In this document: positions 43,866 through 52,796 of the stretch, in pieces | Layout: every line of letters starts with the position of its first letter | How positions within the stretch are numbered: position 1 is the first letter of the stretch | Assembly (NCBI GenBank): GCA_963796455.1 | Contig: CAWCLO010000001.1 | Coordinates: 1,024,001-1,088,000, forward strand | Direction: 5' to 3' | DNA length: 64,000 bases | Origin: Candidatus Sulfomarinibacteraceae bacterium | GTDB lineage: Bacteria; Acidobacteriota; Thermoanaerobaculia; Thermoanaerobaculales; Sulfomarinibacteraceae | Notes under the pieces: generated by a model | Seen by the model: only the letters and a program-made list of their open reading frames with translations | Database searches by the model: none | Told to the model about the DNA's origin: nothing | Position numbers and translations under genes: made by a program

Positions 43866-44059
43866 GCTAGATGCTAGATGCTAGATGCTAGATGCTAGAT
43901 GCTAGATGCTAGATGCTAGATGCTAGATGCTAGATGCTAGATGCGGCAGGATCGTCGATTGTCCCCGACCGATGTCAAGAGCATTTCTGAAATCTCGATG
44001 ATCTGCCGATTGCAGCGGTTGAGGAAAGTGGCTGAATCCAGCATCCAGCATCCAGAATC
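43866..44059. repeat. Heptamer array (GCTAGAT)x11 with inverted degenerate ATCCAGC partner
   Basis: Eleven perfect copies at 43866-43942 and ATCCAGC units at about 44036-44057. Confidence 0.9.
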
Positions 44060-44093
44060 TTCTTCGGCGGGTTCGGCGGGATGCCGCGACCCT

Positions 44094-44219
44094 TCAGCTC
44101 TTCTTGATCTTCTGGGGATCGCAGACTTTGTCCTTTTTCTTGCCGACAGCGCCGCAGTCCTTGCAGCGAAATCGGCCAGGCTTCGGCTTGACCTTTGATT
44201 GGCCCTTCTTACAACTCAT
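44094..44219 (-). CDS. 41-aa Lys/Cys-rich microprotein
   Basis: Sequence MSCKKGQSKVKPKPGRFRCKDCGAVGKKKDKVCDPQKIKKS, with TATAAT 9 nt upstream. Confidence 0.65.
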   Translation of the reverse strand: MSCKKGQSKVKPKPGRFRCKDCGAVGKKKDKVCDPQKIKKS

Positions 44220-44298
44220 GACAACGAGATTATATCTCAGGAACTGGTGGTGATCCAGTGGCGTTCGAGCTAGAATCTTCGTTCGGCGGAGGCCTTCG

Positions 44299-44985
44299 AT
44301 GATGCAGATCCCAGAGTGGTACACCGGCAGCGACGAGACAGGGCGCGTTGCTGCAGGAATCGAACGGGCCATCGAACGGATGGACGATAGAACGGCCGAC
44401 CACACCGACATCAAGGATCTTCAGGCCTTGCTCGCAAAGGAGCAAGAAGAGAACTGGCGCAATTTCCTGTGCGGTCTGATGGGCACGATCTACTACGATC
44501 TCGAGGAGATCGACAGCGCACAGAAAATGCTCGAAGAATCGGTGACCAATTACAAGGCCTATCTTTCAACCTTTGACGAGGTGCTCAGCGTCTACTGCCA
44601 ATCGTGCTACACCCTCGGTGTGATTCTCTTCGACGATCGCCGCTACGGTGAGGCGGTTCCCTACTTCTTCCGCTGCCTGCCCTATATGCACGAGGTCTAC
44701 GACGAAACCTATATCGGTCATATCTACACATTTCTGGCGCTCTGTCTGAGTTGGACGAATCAGGCGGGGTACAGCGTGGTCTTTTCTGAAGCCGCAGCTT
44801 TCACACGACGGTACGACTGCGAATCTCTCGAGCAACTGATGGTCGCCTTTGGCGACGTCGGTGAGATCAGCAAGGCCACGGACGTTTTTCAGCTCCTCCA
44901 GCGCCACTGCCAGGATTACGAGCACTACGATCGAGTACTCGAGTATGCCGACCAGAATCTCGGCGAATCAGGGATCGTCAACTAG
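44299..44985 (+). CDS. TPR-like hypothetical protein
   Basis: RBS GGAGG and helical repeats such as YTLGVILFDDRRYGEAVPYF. Confidence 0.75.
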   Translation: MMQIPEWYTGSDETGRVAAGIERAIERMDDRTADHTDIKDLQALLAKEQEENWRNFLCGLMGTIYYDLEEIDSAQKMLEESVTNYKAYLSTFDEVLSVYCQSCYTLGVILFDDRRYGEAVPYFFRCLPYMHEVYDETYIGHIYTFLALCLSWTNQAGYSVVFSEAAAFTRRYDCESLEQLMVAFGDVGEISKATDVFQLLQRHCQDYEHYDRVLEYADQNLGESGIVN

Positions 44986-45003
44986 CCCGCATATCCCACC
45001 AGA

Positions 45004-45555
45004 TCAGGCAGCCGGTTTCGCGCGAAGGCTCAAGACTCCCCTGAAAGCATCCCGATACGCCCACGCAAGGAAGACCTCGAGCACCAGCACCAGAATCGCG
45101 ATCGGCATGCCAGCCGGGTCGAGAAAAATGTTGATCTTGATCTCGACCTGTGGAATCCGGATCCTTTTCCGGCGCGCCAGTCGTGCTTCCGGGTCTTCGC
45201 CGTCGAAATCTGAAGCGCTGATATCGAAAACCGTATTCTCGGCATCATCCATGGTGAAAACGTTGACGACGGCGTGATCATGCCGATCGATCTTCGAGAC
45301 GGCAAACGGCACTCCATCGCACTGGGCGCAGACGAAGAAATCGGCCGTCGAGGTCCCGAAACGGTATCGGCTGAGGAAATGTCCATCCTCGTCGGTGGCA
45401 GATAACCGGGCGCCGGAATGGGATATATGGGTTGCCCGGCGGGGACGGCAGAACGAACAGGAACAGGCTCGGGCCACGATCGATTCGCCACCGTCGGGCC
45501 ACTGTAGTCGATATCGGATACTTCGACAGTGGCAAACACCCGCGAAAATTCGCAT
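45004..45555 (-). CDS. GFA family (CENP-V/aldehyde-activating) protein with DoxX-like hydrophobic tail
   Basis: Zn motifs GVCHC, ACSCSFC and FFVCAQC. The tail reads FLDPAGMPIAILVLVLEVFLAWAYR. Confidence 0.75.
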   Translation of the reverse strand: MRIFAGVCHCRSIRYRLQWPDGGESIVARACSCSFCRPRRATHISHSGARLSATDEDGHFLSRYRFGTSTADFFVCAQCDGVPFAVSKIDRHDHAVVNVFTMDDAENTVFDISASDFDGEDPEARLARRKRIRIPQVEIKINIFLDPAGMPIAILVLVLEVFLAWAYRDAFRGVLSLRAKPAA

Positions 45556-45617
45556 CGAGAGGGAGTTCGTCCGTTGTGGATCTGGACCCAAGCAACCCCG
45601 ATCCCGTGAGCCACGGA

Positions 45618-45806
45618 TCACGGCACGATATTTCCGTAGGAAATCCAGTGATAGATGACGTAGAACCAGCTGAGAAAGGCGTGGAGCAGAGCCCACAGAA
45701 CACTGTGGTTTACATTCCAGCTGAGCAGGGCGGCGAGCACCGCTCCGATACTTCCAAAAATTCCTCCGCCGCAGCACCCGCAACCCTTGGCGTTGTGATC
45801 ACTCAT
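45618..45806 (-). CDS. Small membrane protein
   Basis: RBS GAGGAG and the sequence LAALLSWNVNHSVLWALLHAFLSWFYVIY. Confidence 0.75.
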   Translation of the reverse strand: MSDHNAKGCGCCGGGIFGSIGAVLAALLSWNVNHSVLWALLHAFLSWFYVIYHWISYGNIVP

Positions 45807-45900
45807 TTCTCGACTCCTCAGGAAATCATACGACGATCAGAACCCATTCATTCCCAGGCCCCAGGCGCCTTCAGCAATCGCCTCGTTCCGGGGAAACGCG

Positions 45901-46152
45901 TCAGGCTTTTTTGATCAGGCGGATGACAAAAAGCAACAGGCATGCACCGACGAACGCGGTGATGATCGCCCCGACAATTCCGCCCGTTGTGATACCGAGG
46001 AAGCCAAAGAGCCAGCCACCAATGACGGCACCAATGATCCCGATGACGATATCACCCAGGAGCCCGAAACCGCCGCCCTTCATGGCCACACCGGCAAGCC
46101 AACCGGCCACCGCACCTATCGCCAAAAAAATCAGCAAACTCATGAGATCCAT
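45901..46152 (-). CDS. GlsB/YeaQ/YmgE family (transglycosylase-associated) membrane protein
   Basis: Motif IGAVAGWLAG..GFGLLGDIVIGIIGAVIGGWLF. RBS GGAGGAGG. Confidence 0.92.
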   Translation of the reverse strand: MDLMSLLIFLAIGAVAGWLAGVAMKGGGFGLLGDIVIGIIGAVIGGWLFGFLGITTGGIVGAIITAFVGACLLLFVIRLIKKA

Positions 46153-46274
46153 TTCCTCCTCCATTTCTCCGGCCGTCGAATTCAGCTGGGTCAGACTGTG
46201 CCAAAACGAGAGCCGGATGGCCACACACTGGTGAATGTTGTGCATACCGTAGCACAGCGGGAGGCAGGTCAGGA

Positions 46275-46646
46275 CTACTGGGCCCTGATGTTGGTGATGG
46301 TTTCAGGACGAGGTAGGCGGACCCGTTTTGCTCCGTCCCAAGGGTGAATCTCGAGTCCGCTCAACCTGCCGCCGCTGACCCAGAGGATCACCGAAACCGG
46401 CACCCCGTCCGGCGATTCGGCATCGGCCATGACCAAAGGTGTCGGACGCCCCTCTCGAGAGGCATGTTTGACCGTCAGATCAACGCTTAGACAACCACAG
46501 AGACACGAACCGACAACCTCGACGTCCTGGATCTGACCCAGATACCTTCCGGCGCGGCCCCGTGCCGCACCGAGCAGGGCCTCGATCAGCTCGAGTTCTT
46601 CTTCCTCGAGAGGCCGAGTCGGAGTGTTGGCTTGGTCTCCGGTCAT
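46275..46646 (-). CDS. Hypothetical protein
   Basis: Coherent ORF containing RPLEEEELELIEALL, CLCGC and DGVPVSVILWVSGGRLSGLEI. Confidence 0.65.
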   Translation of the reverse strand: MTGDQANTPTRPLEEEELELIEALLGAARGRAGRYLGQIQDVEVVGSCLCGCLSVDLTVKHASREGRPTPLVMADAESPDGVPVSVILWVSGGRLSGLEIHPWDGAKRVRLPRPETITNIRAQ

Positions 46647-46893
46647 TATCCGATACCCCGATCAGGCGAAGGGCCGGAGCAATCCACTGGGTCGCCGAGG
46701 CCCTCCGATGCCGCTTCACCCACACCGATAGTTTCGATCACAGGGGAGGTACGTGAGAACATCAACCGGGTTCTCAAGCTGCGCGAGAAGATCGTCTGAA
46801 CGGGAAAAATTCCCGTTTCCGCCTTCAATACCCTCCCTACTTCTGGGTCAGTCCGCGCTAGAATCCACGCAGGAATCGACCAGAGGAGGCAGC

Positions 46894-48690
46894 ATGGAGA
46901 AAACGCTCAACGAGCGTTTCATGACGATCGTCGAGAACTGCGGCGACCAGACCTTGTTTCGAGTCAAGCTCGGCGGCGAGTGGCGGGCCCGTACTTTTGA
47001 CTGGGCCCTGGAGCAGGTGAGACTGACTTCCTTCGGCCTTCTGAGTCTGCAGGCCGCTCCCGGTGCAAGGGTCGCGATTCTGTCCGAAAACCGACCCGAG
47101 TGGGCAACCACTGATTTCGCCATCATGGCAGCAGGCCTGGTGAGTGTCCCCCTTTACACCACGCTGATCCCGGAGCAAATCGCCTACATCCTTCGCGACG
47201 CAGAGGCCAACCTCGTTTTTGTCTCGAACATGGATCACCTCGCGACCATCCTCTCGATCCGGGACTCCGTCCCATCGCTGCAAAAAATCGTCGTGTTCTA
47301 CCCCGAAGACCTGCAAGAGGACGAAACCGTTATCAGCCTCAACACGCTGCAGGATCTGGGTGCAGTCCACAGCCGCGACGAATTCGTCGAACTTTCGAAG
47401 CGAGCCCAACCAGACGACATTCTGACAATCGTCTACACCTCGGGAACCACCGGCGAACCGAAGGGCGTGGTCCTCACGCACCGCGGGTTCTGCGCGGAAT
47501 TCGACACGATCCAACCCTTTTTCGAGGGCGAAGCCGGTGACAGTCTGATTTCCTTTCTGCCCCTTTCCCACATCCTGCAACGGGTCGTCGACACCTTTGC
47601 CCTGCTCCATGGTTTCGAGATTGCATATGCCGAGAGCCTGGAGACTCTGGGAGAAAACCTGCGTGAGATCCGGCCTTCCCACATCGTTGCCGTGCCGCGG
47701 GTCTATGAAAAAATCCACGGAAGGATCCACGGCGGACTCCAGCGCGGCCCGGCGTTCAAACGGGCTCTCTTCGAGTGGGCGACCCGGATCGGTCGACGGA
47801 TCAGTCAGGTTGGAGGGCCGGAAGCCGCCGGAACCCTCCTGACGCTGCAACACGCCGTTGCCAACGCCCTGGTCTTCAAAAAGATCTCGGCCGCAACCGG
47901 CGGCAATCTGCGCTACTACGTCTCAACCGGTGCACCGCTGGCCAAGGGACTGGCGGAATTCTTCGATGCCGTCGGGATCCGCATCATCGAGGCATGGGGA
48001 ATGACCGAATTGACCGGAGCCGCCACCGCGAACACCTGGACCGACTGCCGGTTCGGGAGCGTCGGAAAACCCGGGCCGGGGGTCGAGATCCGAATTTCCG
48101 ATGATGGCGAAATCCATGTTCGAGGCGAAATCGTCATGCGCGGGTATTGGCGAAAACCGGAGGCCACAGCGGAGACCATCGACGACGACGGCTGGCTCCA
48201 CACCGGCGACGTCGGTCATATCGACGAGGATGGTTTTCTTCACATCACCGACCGGATCAAAGAGCTGATCGTCACCGCCGCGGGCAAAAACGTAGCCCCT
48301 CAACCGCTCGAAAACGCCCTCAAAACCCACGAACTCATCGCCCAGGCCATGGTGATCGGCGACCGTCGGAATTTCATCAGCGCAATCGTCGTGCCCCAGG
48401 CCGAGGTCCTTCAAGCGACGGCCGGGGAGCTGGGTCAGGATGGCGATCTCGAAGCTCTTTGTGAAAATGAAGAGGTTCGTAACCTCTACCGCCTCGCGAT
48501 CGAAGAAAAAATGGACGGTTTTTCGCGCTACGAAACGGTCCGGAAATTCGTTCTGGTTCCATCGGAGTTCAGTCAGGAGGCCGGTGAGCTGACGCCGACT
48601 CTCAAGCTCAAACGCCGGGTGCTGTTGCAGAAATACGCCGACCTCATCGATACCATGTACTCCGACAAAGGTGTTACAGCAGGGAATTGA
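46894..48690 (+). CDS. Long-chain fatty acid-CoA ligase (AMP-dependent synthetase)
   Basis: Motifs YTSGTTGEPKG, FLPLSH, WGMTE, GWLHTGD and ELTPTLKLKR. RBS GAGGAGG. Confidence 0.95.
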   Translation: MEKTLNERFMTIVENCGDQTLFRVKLGGEWRARTFDWALEQVRLTSFGLLSLQAAPGARVAILSENRPEWATTDFAIMAAGLVSVPLYTTLIPEQIAYILRDAEANLVFVSNMDHLATILSIRDSVPSLQKIVVFYPEDLQEDETVISLNTLQDLGAVHSRDEFVELSKRAQPDDILTIVYTSGTTGEPKGVVLTHRGFCAEFDTIQPFFEGEAGDSLISFLPLSHILQRVVDTFALLHGFEIAYAESLETLGENLREIRPSHIVAVPRVYEKIHGRIHGGLQRGPAFKRALFEWATRIGRRISQVGGPEAAGTLLTLQHAVANALVFKKISAATGGNLRYYVSTGAPLAKGLAEFFDAVGIRIIEAWGMTELTGAATANTWTDCRFGSVGKPGPGVEIRISDDGEIHVRGEIVMRGYWRKPEATAETIDDDGWLHTGDVGHIDEDGFLHITDRIKELIVTAAGKNVAPQPLENALKTHELIAQAMVIGDRRNFISAIVVPQAEVLQATAGELGQDGDLEALCENEEVRNLYRLAIEEKMDGFSRYETVRKFVLVPSEFSQEAGELTPTLKLKRRVLLQKYADLIDTMYSDKGVTAGN

Positions 48691-48692
48691 CC

Positions 48693-50825
48693 TCAATCGG
48701 CCGCTTCGACCCGAACCGGCACACCGTTGAGGACCGCATTCCCGCAGAGCTCGTCGACGACCAGGTTGTCGGTGAGATCGTTGGCGCTTGCTACCGATCG
48801 ATCCTCACCGGAGCCGGCCCACCGCCGGCCCCAACCGTGCGGCAAGCTGACAACACCCGGCGCCATATCGTCGTTGATCTCGAGAGCGGCCTCGACACGA
48901 CCGGTCCGTGAAATGACCACAACCCGATCACCGTGGTCGAGGCCGATCGGCGCTGCATCACCGGAATTCATCATGAGCGTGCATCGGTCCCGGCCGCGCG
49001 TCAGACGCGGAAAACGGTGCATCCACGAGTTGTTGCTCCGGAGATGCCGGCGGCCTATGAGGAGCAGTCTCTCGTCGTCGGGGAGATGGCCGATCTTCTC
49101 TCTGAGTCGCTCGAGATCATCGAGGAAGACGACCGGTCCCAGATCGATCTTCCGGTCCATTGTTCGCAGACGATCCGGCAGACAGGGAACGAGCGGGCCG
49201 AGGTCGATACCGTGGGCTTGTTTTTCCAGCCTGTCGAGGTTCATTCCGTCAGCAAAGGGCCGGAAACCCGCGCCGTAGGGCCCCGAACGCAACCCGAAAT
49301 CGAGGATCCGCCTCGGCCCGAGCACCGCATTCAGCCGGCGTTTGAACCGGAGCAACGGCGAATCACCATCGAGGCGCTGCCGAAGCTCTTCCAGGATCTG
49401 CCAATCGTGGCGGGCCTCCGGTACGGGTTCAAAGATCGCCGGTGAATAGCGGGCCACATTGCGGACCGCCAAAAGATTGAATACCAGATCGTAGTGATCG
49501 TGTTCGAGGGCTGACGTCGGTGGCAGGATGATCTCGGCATACCGGGTCGTTTCGTTGACGTAGAAATCGATGGCCACCATAAAATCCAGATCGGCGATTG
49601 CGCGTTCGACCTCAACGCCGTTGGGGGTCGACAGCACCGGGTTGCCGGCGATTGTCATCAGCGCCCGAACCTGCCCCGATCCAGGAGTCAGGATCTCCTC
49701 CGCCAGCGCAGCCACCGGGAATTCGCCGCCGAACTCGGGGAGACCGCGTACCCGGCTGTGACGGTGCCCCAATCTTCCCGGAGCGGTATTCGAGACCAGA
49801 TCCACCGCCGGCCGGGAGAACATGGCCCCTCCCGGACGATCGAGATTGCCGGTGACGATGTTGATGGCGTTGACGAGCCACTGGCAGAGGCCACCGAATT
49901 CCTGCGTCGAGACACCCATCCGTCCGTAACACACGGCTGACTGGGCAGCGACGAAGTCCCGCGCCATGCGACGCAAGGCCTCGGCCTCGATGCCCGTTAT
50001 TGTCGTGACAGACTCCGGGCTGAATTCGGCGGTCGCCTGGCGAAGCGCGTCGATTGACTCAACGATGTTTTCGAGGCGTCCCGGGTTCTCGAGACCCTCG
50101 TGGAAGATGACGTGCAGCAGCGCCATCAGAAGATAAGCGTCGGTGCCGGGGCGGATGAAAAAGTGTTCATCAGCCATCCGTGCTGTCTCGGTCCGGCGCG
50201 GATCGACCACGATCAGACGCCCACCGCGTGCCTGCAACTCCTCGAGCCTCCGTTTGAAGCCCGGCGCGGTCATCATGCTGCCGTTCGACACCACCGGGTT
50301 GGCGCCCAGGATCAACAGATGGGATGTCCGATCGATATCGGGTATGGGCAGCAGCAGTTTGTGACCGAACATCAATGTGGCGGCCACATGATGAGGGAGT
50401 TGATCTACGGAGGTGGCCGAATACCGGTTGTGGGTACCGAGGCATCTGATGAGGGCCGGGGCAAAAAGCAGGGATCCCCAGTTGTGAACGTTGGGGTTTC
50501 CGAGATAGACGGCCAAAGCGTCACGACCGTGGGCTTTCTGAACCGACCGGAGACGATCCGCGACTTCATCGAGGGCCTCGTCCCAAGCGATGGGTTGCCA
50601 CCCTCCACTCTGTCGCCGCATCGGTTGGCGCAACCTCTCGGGATCCTTGTGGATATCTTGCAACGCGACCGCTTTGGGGCAGATGTGGCCGCGGCTGAAG
50701 GGATCATCCTTGTCGCCACGAATGGCGATGATTTCGCTTCCATCCACCTCGATGGCAAGGCCGCAAATGGCTTCGCAGAGGTTGCAGGCCCGAAAATGGG
50801 TTGAGATTTGTGTGCGGTCGGACAT
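48693..50825 (-). CDS. Molybdopterin-dependent oxidoreductase
   Basis: 4Fe-4S motif CNLCEAICG...ICPK, plus VVDPRRTETA, RSNNSWMH and PGVVSLPHGWG. Confidence 0.92.
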   Translation of the reverse strand: MSDRTQISTHFRACNLCEAICGLAIEVDGSEIIAIRGDKDDPFSRGHICPKAVALQDIHKDPERLRQPMRRQSGGWQPIAWDEALDEVADRLRSVQKAHGRDALAVYLGNPNVHNWGSLLFAPALIRCLGTHNRYSATSVDQLPHHVAATLMFGHKLLLPIPDIDRTSHLLILGANPVVSNGSMMTAPGFKRRLEELQARGGRLIVVDPRRTETARMADEHFFIRPGTDAYLLMALLHVIFHEGLENPGRLENIVESIDALRQATAEFSPESVTTITGIEAEALRRMARDFVAAQSAVCYGRMGVSTQEFGGLCQWLVNAINIVTGNLDRPGGAMFSRPAVDLVSNTAPGRLGHRHSRVRGLPEFGGEFPVAALAEEILTPGSGQVRALMTIAGNPVLSTPNGVEVERAIADLDFMVAIDFYVNETTRYAEIILPPTSALEHDHYDLVFNLLAVRNVARYSPAIFEPVPEARHDWQILEELRQRLDGDSPLLRFKRRLNAVLGPRRILDFGLRSGPYGAGFRPFADGMNLDRLEKQAHGIDLGPLVPCLPDRLRTMDRKIDLGPVVFLDDLERLREKIGHLPDDERLLLIGRRHLRSNNSWMHRFPRLTRGRDRCTLMMNSGDAAPIGLDHGDRVVVISRTGRVEAALEINDDMAPGVVSLPHGWGRRWAGSGEDRSVASANDLTDNLVVDELCGNAVLNGVPVRVEAAD

Positions 50826-50921
50826 TGATCCACGGAGAATTGTATAGGGTCCCGGGCTCCGCTACAGTGCCAACGACCGCAGCGATTTGTTGACCGCCCG
50901 ACAACCACTCCGGAGGAATCC

Positions 50922-52649
50922 ATGCGCTCATCAGCGAAATTGATCGGATCCGCACTCTTCGCAGCCCTTCTGTTGATCCCGACGTCGCTCTTGGCAATCG
51001 AGTTCGAGGTGTCGTTTCCATCCGATCTCGAGACCGGGCCTGTGGACGGCCGTTTGCTGCTCCTGATTTCGGGTTCCGCCGAGACCGAACCCAGATTTCA
51101 AGTCCGCCCTGGGGTCAACGCCATTCAAGTCTTCGGAAAAGATGTTGATGGTCTCGAGGCAGGCCATGGGGTCCGCATCGACGATGCTGTTTTTGGCTAT
51201 CCAATCGAGAGTCTCAGCGAAATTCAGCCGGGCGAATACTCGGTCCAGGCCGTGCTCCACCGGTATGAGACCTTCAATCGAGCGGATGGCCACACGGTCA
51301 AGCTCCCGATGGATCGTGGCGAAGGTCAACAGTGGAATCGTGCCCCGGGCAATCTCTACAGCACACCGCGCACGGTGACGATTGCCCCTTCGTCCGACAC
51401 GGTCCACGAAATCGAGCTCGACTCAAAAATCCCACCCATCGAGCCGCCCGCCGAGACCGCCTACGTCAAGCACATCCAGATCCAGAGCAAGCTTCTGACC
51501 CAGTTCTGGGGCCGTCCCATGTTCCTCGGCGCCCACGTTCTTCTGCCGCACGGTTTTGCCGACCACCCCGAGGCACACTATCCGCTCATGGTCTTTCACG
51601 GCCACTTCCCATACGACTTCGGAGATTTCCGCACCTCTCCTCAGGACCCCGATCTCGAGTGCGAGTATGCCGAGAGATTCCAGGTGGACTGCTACAACCG
51701 TATTCGCCAGGAGGAGGCCTATGCCTTCTACCAGAAGTGGATCAGCCCTGATTTTCCCCGATTTCTCATCATCGAGATTCAGCACGCCAACCCCTACTAC
51801 GATGATTCCTACGCCGTCAACTCGGCCAATCTCGGCCCTTACGGTGATGCCATCACCCACGAACTGATTCCCTACATCGAAGAAAAATTTCGCGGTCTCG
51901 GTGAAGGGTGGGCACGGTTCCTCTACGGCGGGTCAACCGGCGGTTGGGAGGCCCTGGCGGTCCAGGTCTTCTATCCCGACGAATACAACGGGTGTTTTGC
52001 CGCGTGCCCCGATCCCATCGATTTCAGGGCCTACGTCCAGACCGATATCTACTCCGACAGCAACGCCTATTTCGAAGAGGGGCCGTTCCGTCGACTGGAA
52101 CGACCGAGCCGCCGCAACTGGCTCGGCGAGATCTCAGCGACCATGCGCGACGACGGTCTGTGGGAGCTCGCCCTCGGTACCAAGAGCCGGTCGGGCCAAC
52201 AATTCGATATCTGGGAAGCGGTGTATTCTCCGGTGGGTGATGACGGCTACCCGAAGCGGATCTGGGACAAAAAGACCGGAGAGATCGACCACGAGGTCGC
52301 GGACCACTGGCGCGAGAATTACGATCTCCGCTACATCCTCGAACGGGACTGGGCGGTCCTCGGACCGAAGCTCGAAGGCAAGATCCACATCTTCACCGGC
52401 GACATGGACAACTACTACCTCAACAACGCGGTCTATCTCACGGAGAAATTTCTCGAAACGACCACAGATCCCCACTACGGAGGCGTCGTGGACTACGGTG
52501 ACCGCGCCGAACACTGTTGGAACGGCGACCACAAGAACGGGAACTACCTCTCGAGGCTGCGCTACAACACGATGTACCTGCCGAGGATCCTGGAGCGAAT
52601 CGAGGCAGCCGCACCCGAAGGGGCCGATCTGACAAGTTGGAGGCACTGA
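50922..52649 (+). CDS. Secreted alpha/beta-hydrolase (putative esterase)
   Basis: Signal peptide, a GGSTGG nucleophile motif, and DSYAVNSANLGPYGDAITHELIP. Confidence 0.8.
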   Translation: MRSSAKLIGSALFAALLLIPTSLLAIEFEVSFPSDLETGPVDGRLLLLISGSAETEPRFQVRPGVNAIQVFGKDVDGLEAGHGVRIDDAVFGYPIESLSEIQPGEYSVQAVLHRYETFNRADGHTVKLPMDRGEGQQWNRAPGNLYSTPRTVTIAPSSDTVHEIELDSKIPPIEPPAETAYVKHIQIQSKLLTQFWGRPMFLGAHVLLPHGFADHPEAHYPLMVFHGHFPYDFGDFRTSPQDPDLECEYAERFQVDCYNRIRQEEAYAFYQKWISPDFPRFLIIEIQHANPYYDDSYAVNSANLGPYGDAITHELIPYIEEKFRGLGEGWARFLYGGSTGGWEALAVQVFYPDEYNGCFAACPDPIDFRAYVQTDIYSDSNAYFEEGPFRRLERPSRRNWLGEISATMRDDGLWELALGTKSRSGQQFDIWEAVYSPVGDDGYPKRIWDKKTGEIDHEVADHWRENYDLRYILERDWAVLGPKLEGKIHIFTGDMDNYYLNNAVYLTEKFLETTTDPHYGGVVDYGDRAEHCWNGDHKNGNYLSRLRYNTMYLPRILERIEAAAPEGADLTSWRH

Positions 52650-52796
52650 GAGTCGACTCGCCCGTTTCAGGGCCACGGCAAACAAGAGACCACATCTCAA
52701 TTACACGATCCGAGATGGGAAAACGGCTTTTTGAAATCAGAATTGTTGCGTCTGAGTGGTAATTTTTTCTCCAGCTGAAGGTTTTTCAAGATAGGA

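Noticed and set aside
43866..43942. CRISPR array
   Set aside because: The repeats are 7-8 bp tandem units without spacers, and no cas genes are present.
43313..46646. Prophage
   Set aside because: Only one phage-like gene is present, with no integrase or structural genes.
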